Assembly (NCBI GenBank): GCA_036172245.1
Contig: JAYWIR010000050.1
Coordinates: 372,001 to 436,000, forward strand
DNA length: 64,000 nt
Direction: 5' to 3'
DNA from: Raillietiella orientalis
Lineage: Eukaryota
The position numbers were made by a program, and so were the translations under genes. The notes below the pieces were generated by a model, which did not search any database, had not been told where the DNA came from, and saw nothing but the letters and a program-made list of their open reading frames with translations. Below, piece after piece: positions 50,501-61,800 of the stretch (its first letter is position 1; the number at the start of each line of letters is the position of its first letter).

Positions 50501-53500
50501 TCATGCTATTATGTACAATACGGACGCTGATCCATCATGCTGGGGTGAGGCAGCTGATACTGGGAACAAAGCCAATGAGCTTTTTTCCTTCATCATATAC
50601 CCAAGCAGGGTTTGCAGGCTCTCCTGAACAGCTTTAGCATGGTCTGGCTGGCTTATATAATGTGAGGCTAGGAACCGTTTGCAGCTTGCAGCATGATGAT
50701 CTTTCAAGTTATGAACTACATCCAATATGGCTAAATGCAGTTGGCTAGGAAGAACATCTTGGAAAACCAAGTGCACACTGAATTCTCGGATTTGACCTTA
50801 CCAGTTGAATTCTTCAAAAATCTGCTAAGGGAAGCCAGCAAGGATTTTGCCAAAGGGGCACTACCACGTAGGTACCTTGCAGCTGCCCTAGCTATGTGCA
50901 GACAAAAGGCAAAATTGATGAACAAAACGCAACTATCTAGGGACCTACCTAGAAGCTTCATGAGAATAGTGGCAGTTGACTGCCTAGGATCGCACTTGGA
51001 AATGGAAGGCAATATGAGTTTTTGTACCAATGAACCATGGATCCAGGATGATGGATGAAAGAAAAGTAAAATAGTCAATGCTAGCATGGCTTCAACACTC
51101 CTTTGTGGCTGTTCCTTGTCTTGAAAATAGGAGGGAGGGGGGAAGGGGAAACTGCACTTGCAAGTACTCTCCAAAATACACTTACCAACCACAGACTGTA
51201 ACCAGTCAAAAGCACACTGAGATCCTGGCGATTCACTTGGTTCACTTTTTGTTTTCCATTTGTAACTCTTTAAAAATATGCTGGGCATCTGACTAAGAGA
51301 AGACGGCAAGCCGTCTTTTTCAAATCGATTTTGGAGAAGGAAAATAACCAGTTGCTCTAATGGCACATCAGGTTCCAAAGACAATAACAGTGGCCATATC
51401 AGAACAGCATGGGCCAAGATCAATGGCCAACAAGAGTGATAATGCATAAAGAGTGCAAAAAGCCAAAATCTTGCTTCTCCTCTTAGCCCTTTCAGTCGAA
51501 GAAGGGCAAAAGAAAAGCTTACAAGACTGCTCAGCCGCTTTTTCTAATGCAAGGCATCACTCAGGGAAGAAATCTTTTACCTTAATCCTACCTCTTTGAT
51601 ACAGTGGCTGCTTTCTTTAATCAGAAAGTACTGCAGTCCCTGTAGAACATCTCTCCACAAAGATTGCAACCAGTCACATGCCTCCAATTTCACAAGTAAG
51701 TGGAGAAGCTTCTTATGTGTGTAAAAAAGCAAAGGTGGAGAAGAATCATTGACCTGCAGTGCATCCAAATCAGGATCCTTCACATCTTCCAAAGAAGTCC
51801 ATAAACAGTGAACAAAACGCCTACCAACATAGCTAGTCTCAAGATCATACAATGTACCTTGAAAGAAGGGCTGGATCTCCAGTTATGTTCGGATTTGTAA
51901 GATCTTTTAATGCTTTACTCCACATATAGAAATTAGGGAAGCACACAGTGACCAAGGCATGAAGATGCTTTGCAATAATGCTCTTCCGGCGTTCTACATC
52001 ACGAAAAAAAAAAGCTCATGCACAACAATTATGTATTCTCACCAATGCAAAACAAATTCTGAGAATGCAGGAATGCTGCAGCACGGGATTTCTCATTTGT
52101 TCTATGTCTTCCAAACGCTACTATGGCTTTATCAAACTTTTTCTCAAAGTACTGGTCGATAGCATCTGTGCTTAAGTTACATGAAGATTGAACAGCTTTC
52201 ACAGTCGATTTGTTACGGCTATAAGTCTTTACTGATGATGACAATTTAGTAGGCTCTGCTTCACAGGCACTAGCTGATTCTGTGCCTGACAAAGTCCTGG
52301 ATGTGTCTGGCTTAAAAACTCGTTGCTGCTGATGACTACTTGATGACAGTGAATACATGTCTTTTTCCTTTGGATGTGTAGCAAATTCTCGAGATGAATG
52401 CATTTCAGAGGAAAACAAGAAAGACTTTTTGGAGAAACTCCTGGAAGGTTTCTTCTTGGGAATTTCATTGGGGAGATTGTACTTCACTTCACTATCACAA
52501 GATGGAACTTCAGAAATAGGTGATAAAACATCAGGAATGGCATCAGCTGGGGAAGATTCCTTTTGAAAGGAATTAGAATCAAAAGAAGTAACTGAGATCT
52601 GTGATGAAGACTTCTTTTCTCCTATATCATGTTCATTAGGAGATACCTCCTGACACAATGGGTTTACAGGTAACATGTCCAAAGTGACCAAAGTGGGAGG
52701 TGTTGTGCTTGGAGACAAGGCTACCTTACTTGTACTTACCAGTTCAGCTGAAACACTTGTTGAAATGGGAGACTCGGCCAAATAATCACTGTCAGTCACA
52801 GTTTGAGAGAAACAATGTTCATCCAAATGATCACAAAACCGAGAATGCTTTGAACATGAAACGTGTTTATAAATGACCAAACGTAAACACAGAGTCAATA
52901 AAGAACCATGACTTAAATGCAGTGATTCGTGGCACAGGCGCCCATGTTTGATGAATGGAATAGATTTGCACTTTAAAGACTGGAATTTGCAAATGAATGT
53001 GCACCTTCCTGAAGGGGAAAACAGAGAGTTGAATAGGGGGCGGATTTTGCATGAAATCTGTGGATTCTCTGATTTAAGCCTTTTGCAGTCTACTTCAATG
53101 TAGTCTGAAACTTTTCGTTTTTTTGGAGTTTGAGTTAAAGGAGGAGAACAGATGGGTTGACTTGAATCATGAGATGTGTTTGGGTACCTAAGTGCTGCAG
53201 TCTGTTCCAGAGGGTGTGGGGAAGTCTGCATAGGTTCTGCATCACACAGGCTTGAGGGAATTTGGGTATCTACCTCTTCATCACTTTCATCATCACTGGA
53301 CATTCCAAACAGGCTGTTGGAATCAATGGGAAGAATGTTTGAAATCTCTGGGAGGGGGTTATGCAAATCTGCTTTGGTAGAATCACTTTCAGAGCTGCTC
53401 TCCAAATGATTACCTTTATGTGAACAAAAGAGCATATCTTTGGCAACAGATTGAACCTGCACTTCATCTAATTGAGCAGAATGAGAATCATTTAAATTTC

Positions 53501-56500
53501 CACGAGACGGGGGAGGAATATTTGAATTCTTTCTATCTGGAGAATGAGCAGTTCCTTCTACATCAACTGAATTCGGTGAACAATCTTTGTCAATCTGAGG
53601 ACCTGCCATTTCAATGGTTCTTGTCATTTGCAGGCCAACTGTTTTGTGTACATCAGTTCTCGCACTCAAATACTGAGTATTCTGAGTTGAATCACAAAAT
53701 GTTATTTCCTTTTTTTGGTTGTATTCCAATAAAATTGTAGAGCTTTCTGAGTCTTGATCAAAATCTCCGGAAATATCCACATCTTGTGGGAGACCCAAGT
53801 CATCTACAGAACTAGCATTTGATAACTTATCTAAGTGTTCTGAAAGGCCAAATTCCTCCTCGGAACCAGCACTTGATGAAATATCAAAATCCTTTCCCAG
53901 GCGTGCCTTCCTCATGGGAAGTTGCTTGCAAATTTTATTCTGGGAGGCTTTACTTTGTGGATGGGGTGCATTTTCATCATCTTCATCTTCATCTGTACTT
54001 GTATCTGCCAGACTTGTTCTGTGGATTTTGAGAGAAGATGACGGTGATGGTAAGTTATCAGCAAACTCAGATGAAAATAACGGAGGACGTTCTTCACCAG
54101 ATTCCACATTGCATGTCACTTTATCACAAGCCAAGGGCGTGGAATCACACAATTTTTTCGAGTTTGATTGCGCCACTTTTGAGGAATCATCGAGAACTTC
54201 AGAAACAATACTTGCTGTAGCTACGTTATGGATTTCTGAAAAATTCCTGACTTCCTCTTTTACTTCTTCAACATTAACAACACTTTCTGAACATGCATCA
54301 CTTTCTGTTTGCTTTGGATACTCATCATCAACTGTCTTCCCTTCATTACATTCTGCAAAATTCTGTGAGTCAGGAGTTTCTAAGTGCAGGATTTCTTGTT
54401 GCCTGTTCTGTAGAGTGGCGTTTTCCTCTTGGCATGAAAAGTCTTTGGAAATTTCAACTTCATTTTTTTTTGTATTATCTACTCGAAATTCAAGAGATGA
54501 AGAATTGCTGTCAAACAGTTCATCTGGTTTCTGATGAGGCTGCCGATACAACTGCAGCTGCTCTTCCAGAATCTTGTGCTTTTGACGCAATTCTTTTAAT
54601 GTGCCTAAAATTATCAATGATTTAAGTTTTTTTTTTCCTACTAAAATCGAAATGCAAAAAAAGACAGTTTGCAATAACACAGGGATGACTCTAACCTTCC
54701 AATTTGAAGAGTTTCTGATTTTGCAGAGGGCCCACATCTTTGCAATGCCTGGATTTGGGTTTAAACTTTTTCAATTGCATTTCAAGCATTTCAGTTTTCT
54801 CCTCCAACTTCTTCTTCGATATATCAGCTGCTTCGATTTCACGGGTAAGCTGTTCGATTTTTTCCTTAAGTTCCTTTTTATTCAAATCCCATAACATCTT
54901 CTCCTATTAATGCAATTACATACATTATATAAAAGTGTTCAAAGCTTTTTTACAAAACATAACTCTATGTCAACGTAAACTAATTTCAACCCAATGAAAA
55001 GCAAAACCCATCTTGCAAATTGCATTCCTTTGCAGCCAACCCAGAAAAACAATCACACCAAACTTGAAAAAATCTAATTTTGGAAAAGCTCCTAGTTTGC
55101 TTCATTTAACATGCCCTGTAATATTAAGACTATAGAAGTTATTCAAAATTTATGGCATTCATCAAAAATGCGTGCAGCCATGTGCATTAGCTAATTTTCA
55201 TTACACAATCTATATGATGATTATACTGCCATAATAACTTTAAAAATTGTATTATGAACTAAAATTGCTTTATAACAAAAACTGATTGAAGGATTATAGT
55301 GAGTGCTAAACCCTTGCATGAAAGACAAATAAACTTCAAAGGCAAAGAAAATAAGGCTACTGTGCCTCAATATGACTGTACAGATACAAAGTTTAATTGT
55401 ACAGGTTATATATTGAAAAAACGGTTGCAAACAAATCATGATTTATTCTTTTTAAATGCAATTTCTATACTCCCATCTAAGTTTTTAAACAACAACAGCT
55501 GGGTACACAGTTCCATATCTATTGCCTTCATAGTTTACAAATACAAAAATATCCTTATGACATTTATTTATTTATATATTTAAAGACTATTAAATTAATT
55601 TCGGTTTTGTAGTCTTTCATATAATCAAAACTTTAGAATCAGTATTAGTGGACTTTGGCTAGGAAACTTCAAGAAAACCTCAAACAGAAAAACACAACAC
55701 TAGATGGCTTCAGTGTTTAAAAGTTGCTGGATTGTCAAAAGCATTTAATTTTTTCATGAGATTACAGAATTCAAAAGAAAAGAAAAAAAAGTATAAAATA
55801 GCAAGGGTATTGGCAGACACAAGGTTGTCATAGGATAATTCATGAATGTTGTTCTTTATAGCTTTGTATTTCACATAGTCTAAAACATGGCAATAACACA
55901 CTATTGACTATGTACATATGCAAATTCCTATTTAAAGGACCAATGTCAAAAGTTTTTAAACAACCCTGCAACTTTTGGTAGTAACTTGATACCATGAAAA
56001 TAAGAAACTGTGCTTTTCCACTATCCTACAGAGCACTTCACACACAACCACTTTTCAGAAATCCAAAGATGCTCTAAACTAAAACCCAAGCAAATGGAGT
56101 GATGATAACATATACAGAGAAATATAAAAATAAGAAAAAAAATCCAAGTTTATTGAAAAAGCACAAATGCAAATCTTAGACTATGTGCAAAGATCAATTA
56201 ATGAACACAGAGATCAGAAAAGGCAATAAATACATCAGTGTACCTGTATAATATTTTCCAGCTCTAATGAAGCCTGCAATAATTTTGCCTTTGCTTTGCT
56301 AATGCTAGCATCCTTTTCTTCCACAATTCCAGTCAACAGTTCTATGTCTCGTGAAGCTTTCACACATTGCAAATTTACATCTTTACACTTTCGCACTAGT
56401 GTGCTGAAATAGAAACAAAAATCATACATATTAATCAATTCTCCCTCGGTATAGATAAATAACAAACAAATCTTTAACCCTCCTTGTAAAGCAAGGTTGA

Positions 56501-57900
56501 GGAATATTGCAATTCATAATAAATGAAAAAAAAAAATGAATATGCTTCCCATACTTGAAATCAATAAAAGCTTATAATTCCAACAAAACTGAAAAGTAAA
56601 TGATTGATTCGATCGTGATTTTTTATATATTTAGCTCAGGCATGTTATTACATAATACTTGCATTTGCAAAAATGCAAGTGGTGACAAATAAGTTTTGCA
56701 AAAGTATTTAAACCTAGTTTGAGCATGGTTTTGGAAAGATTACAGTCAGATCTTTTCAACATATGAAGAATAATTAATCCAATGGAACTGATTTTCGATT
56801 TTTGTGCTCTAACATAAATTTTAAACTAACATAAATTTTAATCTAACATCTAAATCTAACATAAATTTTCATTTGGAATTTGCTCTGCTGTTTGCAGACT
56901 GCAGATAAACTTAAAGCAAAATAATATGCAACAGAATTTGTGTATCAAATACATTTTGTTTCCCTTTTAAAAACGGACACATGGACTATGATTTTCTATA
57001 TTTCAATTAACAAAACAAAAACTGTATCATCGTTTCGCAAACTATGATTTCAACATGAAAACTACATCATAACACTTTAATTATCACATTTTATTTGGTC
57101 TATTGTACATAAAAACAAATTAAAACTAACTGAAGATACAATTGTCTGAAATCAAATATACTTAAATAATTCAATGAACTCACAGTAGACCACAAAACTC
57201 ATACAAAAGTTAGCTTTTGATACAAACGAATTATGCAATTGCTTTAAAATTGCTTTAATACTGATAAATTAAAAATTCAAATTCTGAGTTTTCTGTCTAA
57301 AAACATAATGTAAAAATGTTGAGAAAATTAATAGGTGCACTACACAAACAAGGGCCTGAGTTTCTTAAATCAAAAATGTCATGTTTAACATTTTTCATGT
57401 TAACCAAGCAACAATCTTGACCAAACGACTATAAATATGACTGACTGCAACATTTAAGCAAAACTTCCACATTTGAGGACTTTACAATATAATCATAATT
57501 TCTGCACATGGGAGTGTTTGTTACTCATCACCTGCTTGTCACTGTCCCATATGAGAACTATATGAAGCCAATATTTTAAAATATTTCAAAATGTCTAACA
57601 AATCTTTGGTTTCAGCTGGACATTTGTAGTTATTCGATGAATACCCAATAATAGCATCTGCATAAAAACACTAACTAGCTGAATGCATGACAATTAAACA
57701 AACATGACTTGACTGAAATTACTGGGGCCTACTTCCGAAGAGACACCCATTCAAAAATCAAAACTCCTGTACGTTTGCTAACTCAGGCATCCTGTAAAAC
57801 TTTCAAATAACTCATGGCGGTGAACTTACTCGGAAACTAAAATTCTCTGCTTCAGACCAAGAAGGCCTTTTCTGTTCCCAGATGGCACGTCCACATTCAT
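50501..57900 (-). CDS. ICE1: Probable little elongation complex subunit 1 (ICE1-like); exons 57900-57830, 56403-56244, 54903-54696, 54604-52043, 51993-51858, 51820-51592, 51543-51186, 51119-50949, 50891-50802, 50757-50501; about 1413 aa
   Basis: All nine introns are GT-AG with matching phases; exon sum 4242 nt. Architecture: N-terminal coiled coil, ~850-aa Ser/acidic disordered exon, C-terminal helical domain. Spliced N-terminus GLLGLKQRILVSDTLVRKCK resembles recalled human ICE1 ALITLKQKIINTDNLL; C-terminal ATILMKLLAR and DVLPSQLHLA resemble ASILRLIGR and DIPWGIQLAA. Gene existence is high confidence; the name rests on remembered sequence. The exon 4 acceptor and the exon 5/6 junction have alternatives. 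Confidence 0.75.
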
Positions 57901-58633
57901 TTTCCAACCAAAATTTCAAGATACCATACTTTCCACTTAACCTTCCTCAACTTGTTTTGAGGCATATCTTGGTAAATATTAGTCTTACATGAGTAAGAGT
58001 TCCTTTGTACAGCACTAGTTACATTATAAATCTGGTAGGTTTACCATTTACTTTTATTCAACAATAACATGAGAATGTTTCACACCGTTCATATTCAATT
58101 ACGCCTCCCAAACTCGCATGTCTAAATGATTTCAGGAGTACCACTCCATATCATCCAAAATTAGAAATGTTTTACATATACACTGTACATATGCATATGA
58201 TGCCATGTACGTGAAACGGGAACTTTTTGAGGAATGAGAATATTTCATTTCTTCTTTATGGTTTCTTTTCTTTCACTTATTTCATCTTGTTTTCTAAATC
58301 TCATTTTATATTATTCCAAGCAGTTCAGCGATCGATGTCTAAAGAGTTGAAATGAAACAATAAATGTACAGCAGAAACTGGTTGATTTCTTTAATAAGAG
58401 CATTTAGTAGCCATTATTTATTATTTATTGATTTTCATATTGTCTCACTGTAAACCCAGTCAATATCTTTTTTTTTCTTTCTTTAAGGCCAGTAGCGACC
58501 TCACGAGGAGATCTTTACTATTAGGATAGGATAAAAATCTTTTTGGATCCTTCTATTTGCGCTGGTTCCCTCCCAGCTTTTTTTCTCGGTTTTATTTCTT
58601 TTTTGGCTCTCTAAGTACTAAAGAATCACTCAC

Positions 58634-58800
58634 TTTCTCAGGAGTCATCGGAGAGGCTCGACGATGCCGCTACATAGGAGGCTCACAATACTATTTAAAG
58701 ATTGTTACACCACGCGAAGGTGCGTGTAACTCAGCTAGAAGGAAGGTCCGAAAGGTTCACCCTAATTGAGGAAGAACCTGAGGACGGAGCCCATTCCTCT
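58634..58800 (-). other. Candidate 5' UTR exon / promoter-proximal region of the ICE1-like gene
   Basis: Minus-strand AAA|GTGAGT donor at 58634/58633 and a local CpG-containing patch inside CpG-poor DNA, ~730 nt upstream of the ATG; 5' boundary unknown. Confidence 0.3.
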
Positions 58801-61800
58801 CTGTCTGTTTAATCAATATCTTTTTAAGTAGCTCTTACGTACTGCTACATAGGATCCTGGAAAAGTCAGTTTTCTACTTTTTTTCTTTATATCATATATA
58901 ATACATAAAGGTACAGGCATCATGAAAAATAATTAGAAAAATCAACATAGATACATTTCTTTGTTAATTTAATTATGCAATTAACTTTTCATTCATTTGT
59001 GAAAAGGGACGCCATTTCAGAATGTTTGAAAGGAAATTGATGCGGGCGGTGTTTTTATCTTGCATATGTTCATTAAATCTTGAATTGTAAGATCTTCTGT
59101 TCTTCTGATCTTCTTTTTTCTGATCTTCTGTTAATTTAGAGTGTAAAATTTTATCTGAGTCACCTGGAGAACACGAAGTGGAGTTTGATCCCCAGTGCAA
59201 GTTTGTGTGGTCACACACAACGGTCTCGGGCTTTTGGATAAATTCATATTTTTATTTGTTTGTGAAGAGAGAGATTTGTTAATCTCACTCCATTGGAGTC
59301 AGCAAAATTCTATTCACACTCCATTGTTCAATCGAATGAGAGTAGAATAATATGTGGTACAGAGCTCTTCCGTCAAAAACTTTTATTTGGTTTCACGTTA
59401 GATCGAAAGCAATAAATGATCTAGTTTTAATTGCTTTTTATTGCTTTGGATTACCTGCAGCTGATTAAAAAAATCACGGCGGTTGCTTCTGTTTTTTGAA
59501 TCATAGGGTGAATTCATACCTTCTCTGGCGTTTTCCTTTAGAGTTTTTCAATCCATTTTTCCAACAGTCCTATGGTATGAACTTTCTCGGTCTTTATAAA
59601 ACTTTGCATCAACAATTTGCTTTCTCTAGAGAGTCCTGATTCCGCCAACGATCCATTCTTTAGAAATTCTCTTTGACTTTTTTTGCTTTTCTTAAGGTAT
59701 CCTAACTATCTACATATTATGTGGAAAAGTTTCTCTTCTTCCTTACTAGCTTCAAATGAAATTCTGCTTTAATTTTCCGGTTAAGAATTCTGTCAGGAAG
59801 CATCTACACACGGAGCTGTAGTTCCTCAATTTCATTCTACAGGCTTGTCCTGCATTTGGACTGACCAGTGGCACCTGAATTTTCACTTTATATTATCATT
59901 GACTGACAGAATCAAGCTGTTCGATTCGTCTTTCTTCTTTCTGTTTGGCGCATTAACGGACGACTGGGTGTTCGCCTGCTCACTTCGAGTCATCGGATGT
60001 AAAATAAAAAAAAAATTTAGAAACCTAAAGTCAAAAAACTCCAACTCAGTCAAGACCAAGAAATTCAAAGCCGACGACAACGTCTGGCTTCTCCTCTGAG
60101 TGGCCACAAAAACCGAGTGGGATCCAATCCTCTGAAGGCTTGAAAATAGACATCTCTGAAAACAGCATCATGGCAACACTGACCCCATGTATTTTCTCAT
60201 CGAAGTTTTCACCTTTTTTCGTAACAAAGGGCTCTGAAGGAACGAAATAAAATCACCGACTTGAATCTGACTAAATTCAGGTGGTGACGAAGCACTGAAG
60301 TGGGACATTTCTTAAAAAGGATTTTTTTTTTCATTCGCTTCCTCCTTCAAAACTCGTTTTCTGGTTTTAGGTCTGCTGCTCAGACAAGACGACAGTTGTT
60401 GTGTGGCCCGGTTGCCGGGCAGGCCTCTTCTTCAAATGTGCTTCTGCAAGCCAAAGATTCCGACAAGCCTTGCCGACGAGTCCGACAGCAAAAGAGTTTG
60501 CTAGCATGGGATACCTGTGAAAATTCAGTTTCGCTTGCATCCATTCTGCATATGGACGGTCTGGTCTCGTAACATACCAACATAAATTATTACTCAGTCG
60601 AATCAGAACGGTCAGCATCATCTCCAGATGGAAGGCAGCATTTCAATGCTGCCTTCCAATGAAATGCTGCCTCCCATCTGGAGGTTCTGAGAACAAGAAA
60701 TCCATCAGTGAAAAGCTCCGAATGAATGATGCTTGGTAGTGCAATAGCAGATCTTCCTCCGGTTTCTTCAACCGTTTCTCTTATCGAATGAGGATGCTTG
60801 GTCAAATTTGCAATAACCTTATCTTTCGTTACAATGTTATTTTTCACTTACCACGTGTTATGTTGATCTGCGATGATGCCGTCTTCACTCGCAACGGTGT
60901 TGGTGGTGGTCTTATTTTTGTGTGCAGTGGCGCCAGTTATTTCCAATGACTTATCATCCATCCCTCCCGCAGGTTTTGACGAAACCTTCGAATTATTCTG
61001 TGAAGCAGCTGCTCTAAAGTCCACCAAGTCTGCATCATCATAACATATCCCTCTCCTTCGACAGAAAAGTGTCAGAGCACGGCACTTTACTGTTAAGCAA
61101 AAGTCAGTTTGAGTGCGGTTGAAATGGGTTGCAGTATTTTTGCTGTTCCCGATGCCTTCCTTGTCACCAGTGAGGACCCCCTTTTATTCGGCTGGTGGAC
61201 TTCGGACCCTCTTGCCACCGCAATCTTAGAGAAGGCTCAGCATGGGATTCGACTGGGTGTGTGATCCATTGAGGCACGTCCACAAACGTCCTTCCTCCTG
61301 GCAGCTCTCCGAGTTCAACGCGATGGTCCATGGATTGCTGGCCTGCACCGGTGAGTGAGTCCACCACGACTCCCAATAGCCAGAAGGGACGAGGAGCGGA
61401 AGACACGGAGGTAGGATATGAGATGTCAAAGAAGTGCCAAGCGTCCGCTCCTGTCAGAGACGCCCTGTGTCTGAGGACGTGACGGTCCCACATTTTCGTG
61501 TGCACATGGTACTAAGATCTCCACGAAGACACGGCCACTCAGGCGGACGCTTCCTCCGCGCCTGCACTGGTCAGTTTCTCGGCTCGCTGCAGTTTGGCTC
61601 AGGGGCGCAGGGAGTGTGGGACAGACCTGTTGGTGCAAGAGAACAGCGGGGGGCAACGGAATGTACCATACGAGGAAGGAACGTGATTGGTCGTTCAAAC
61701 GGAACTCGCGCACCATCTGCCCGCCAGTAGAGAGCTTGCTCAACTTCTCTGCGGACGCCACGATGACGCCACCACCTCAGCGAAGTCCAAGGAATGGCTT

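Noticed and set aside
52029..54737. 902-aa ORF as a standalone gene
   Set aside because: It is the large internal exon of the ICE1-like gene; both ends translate intron sequence
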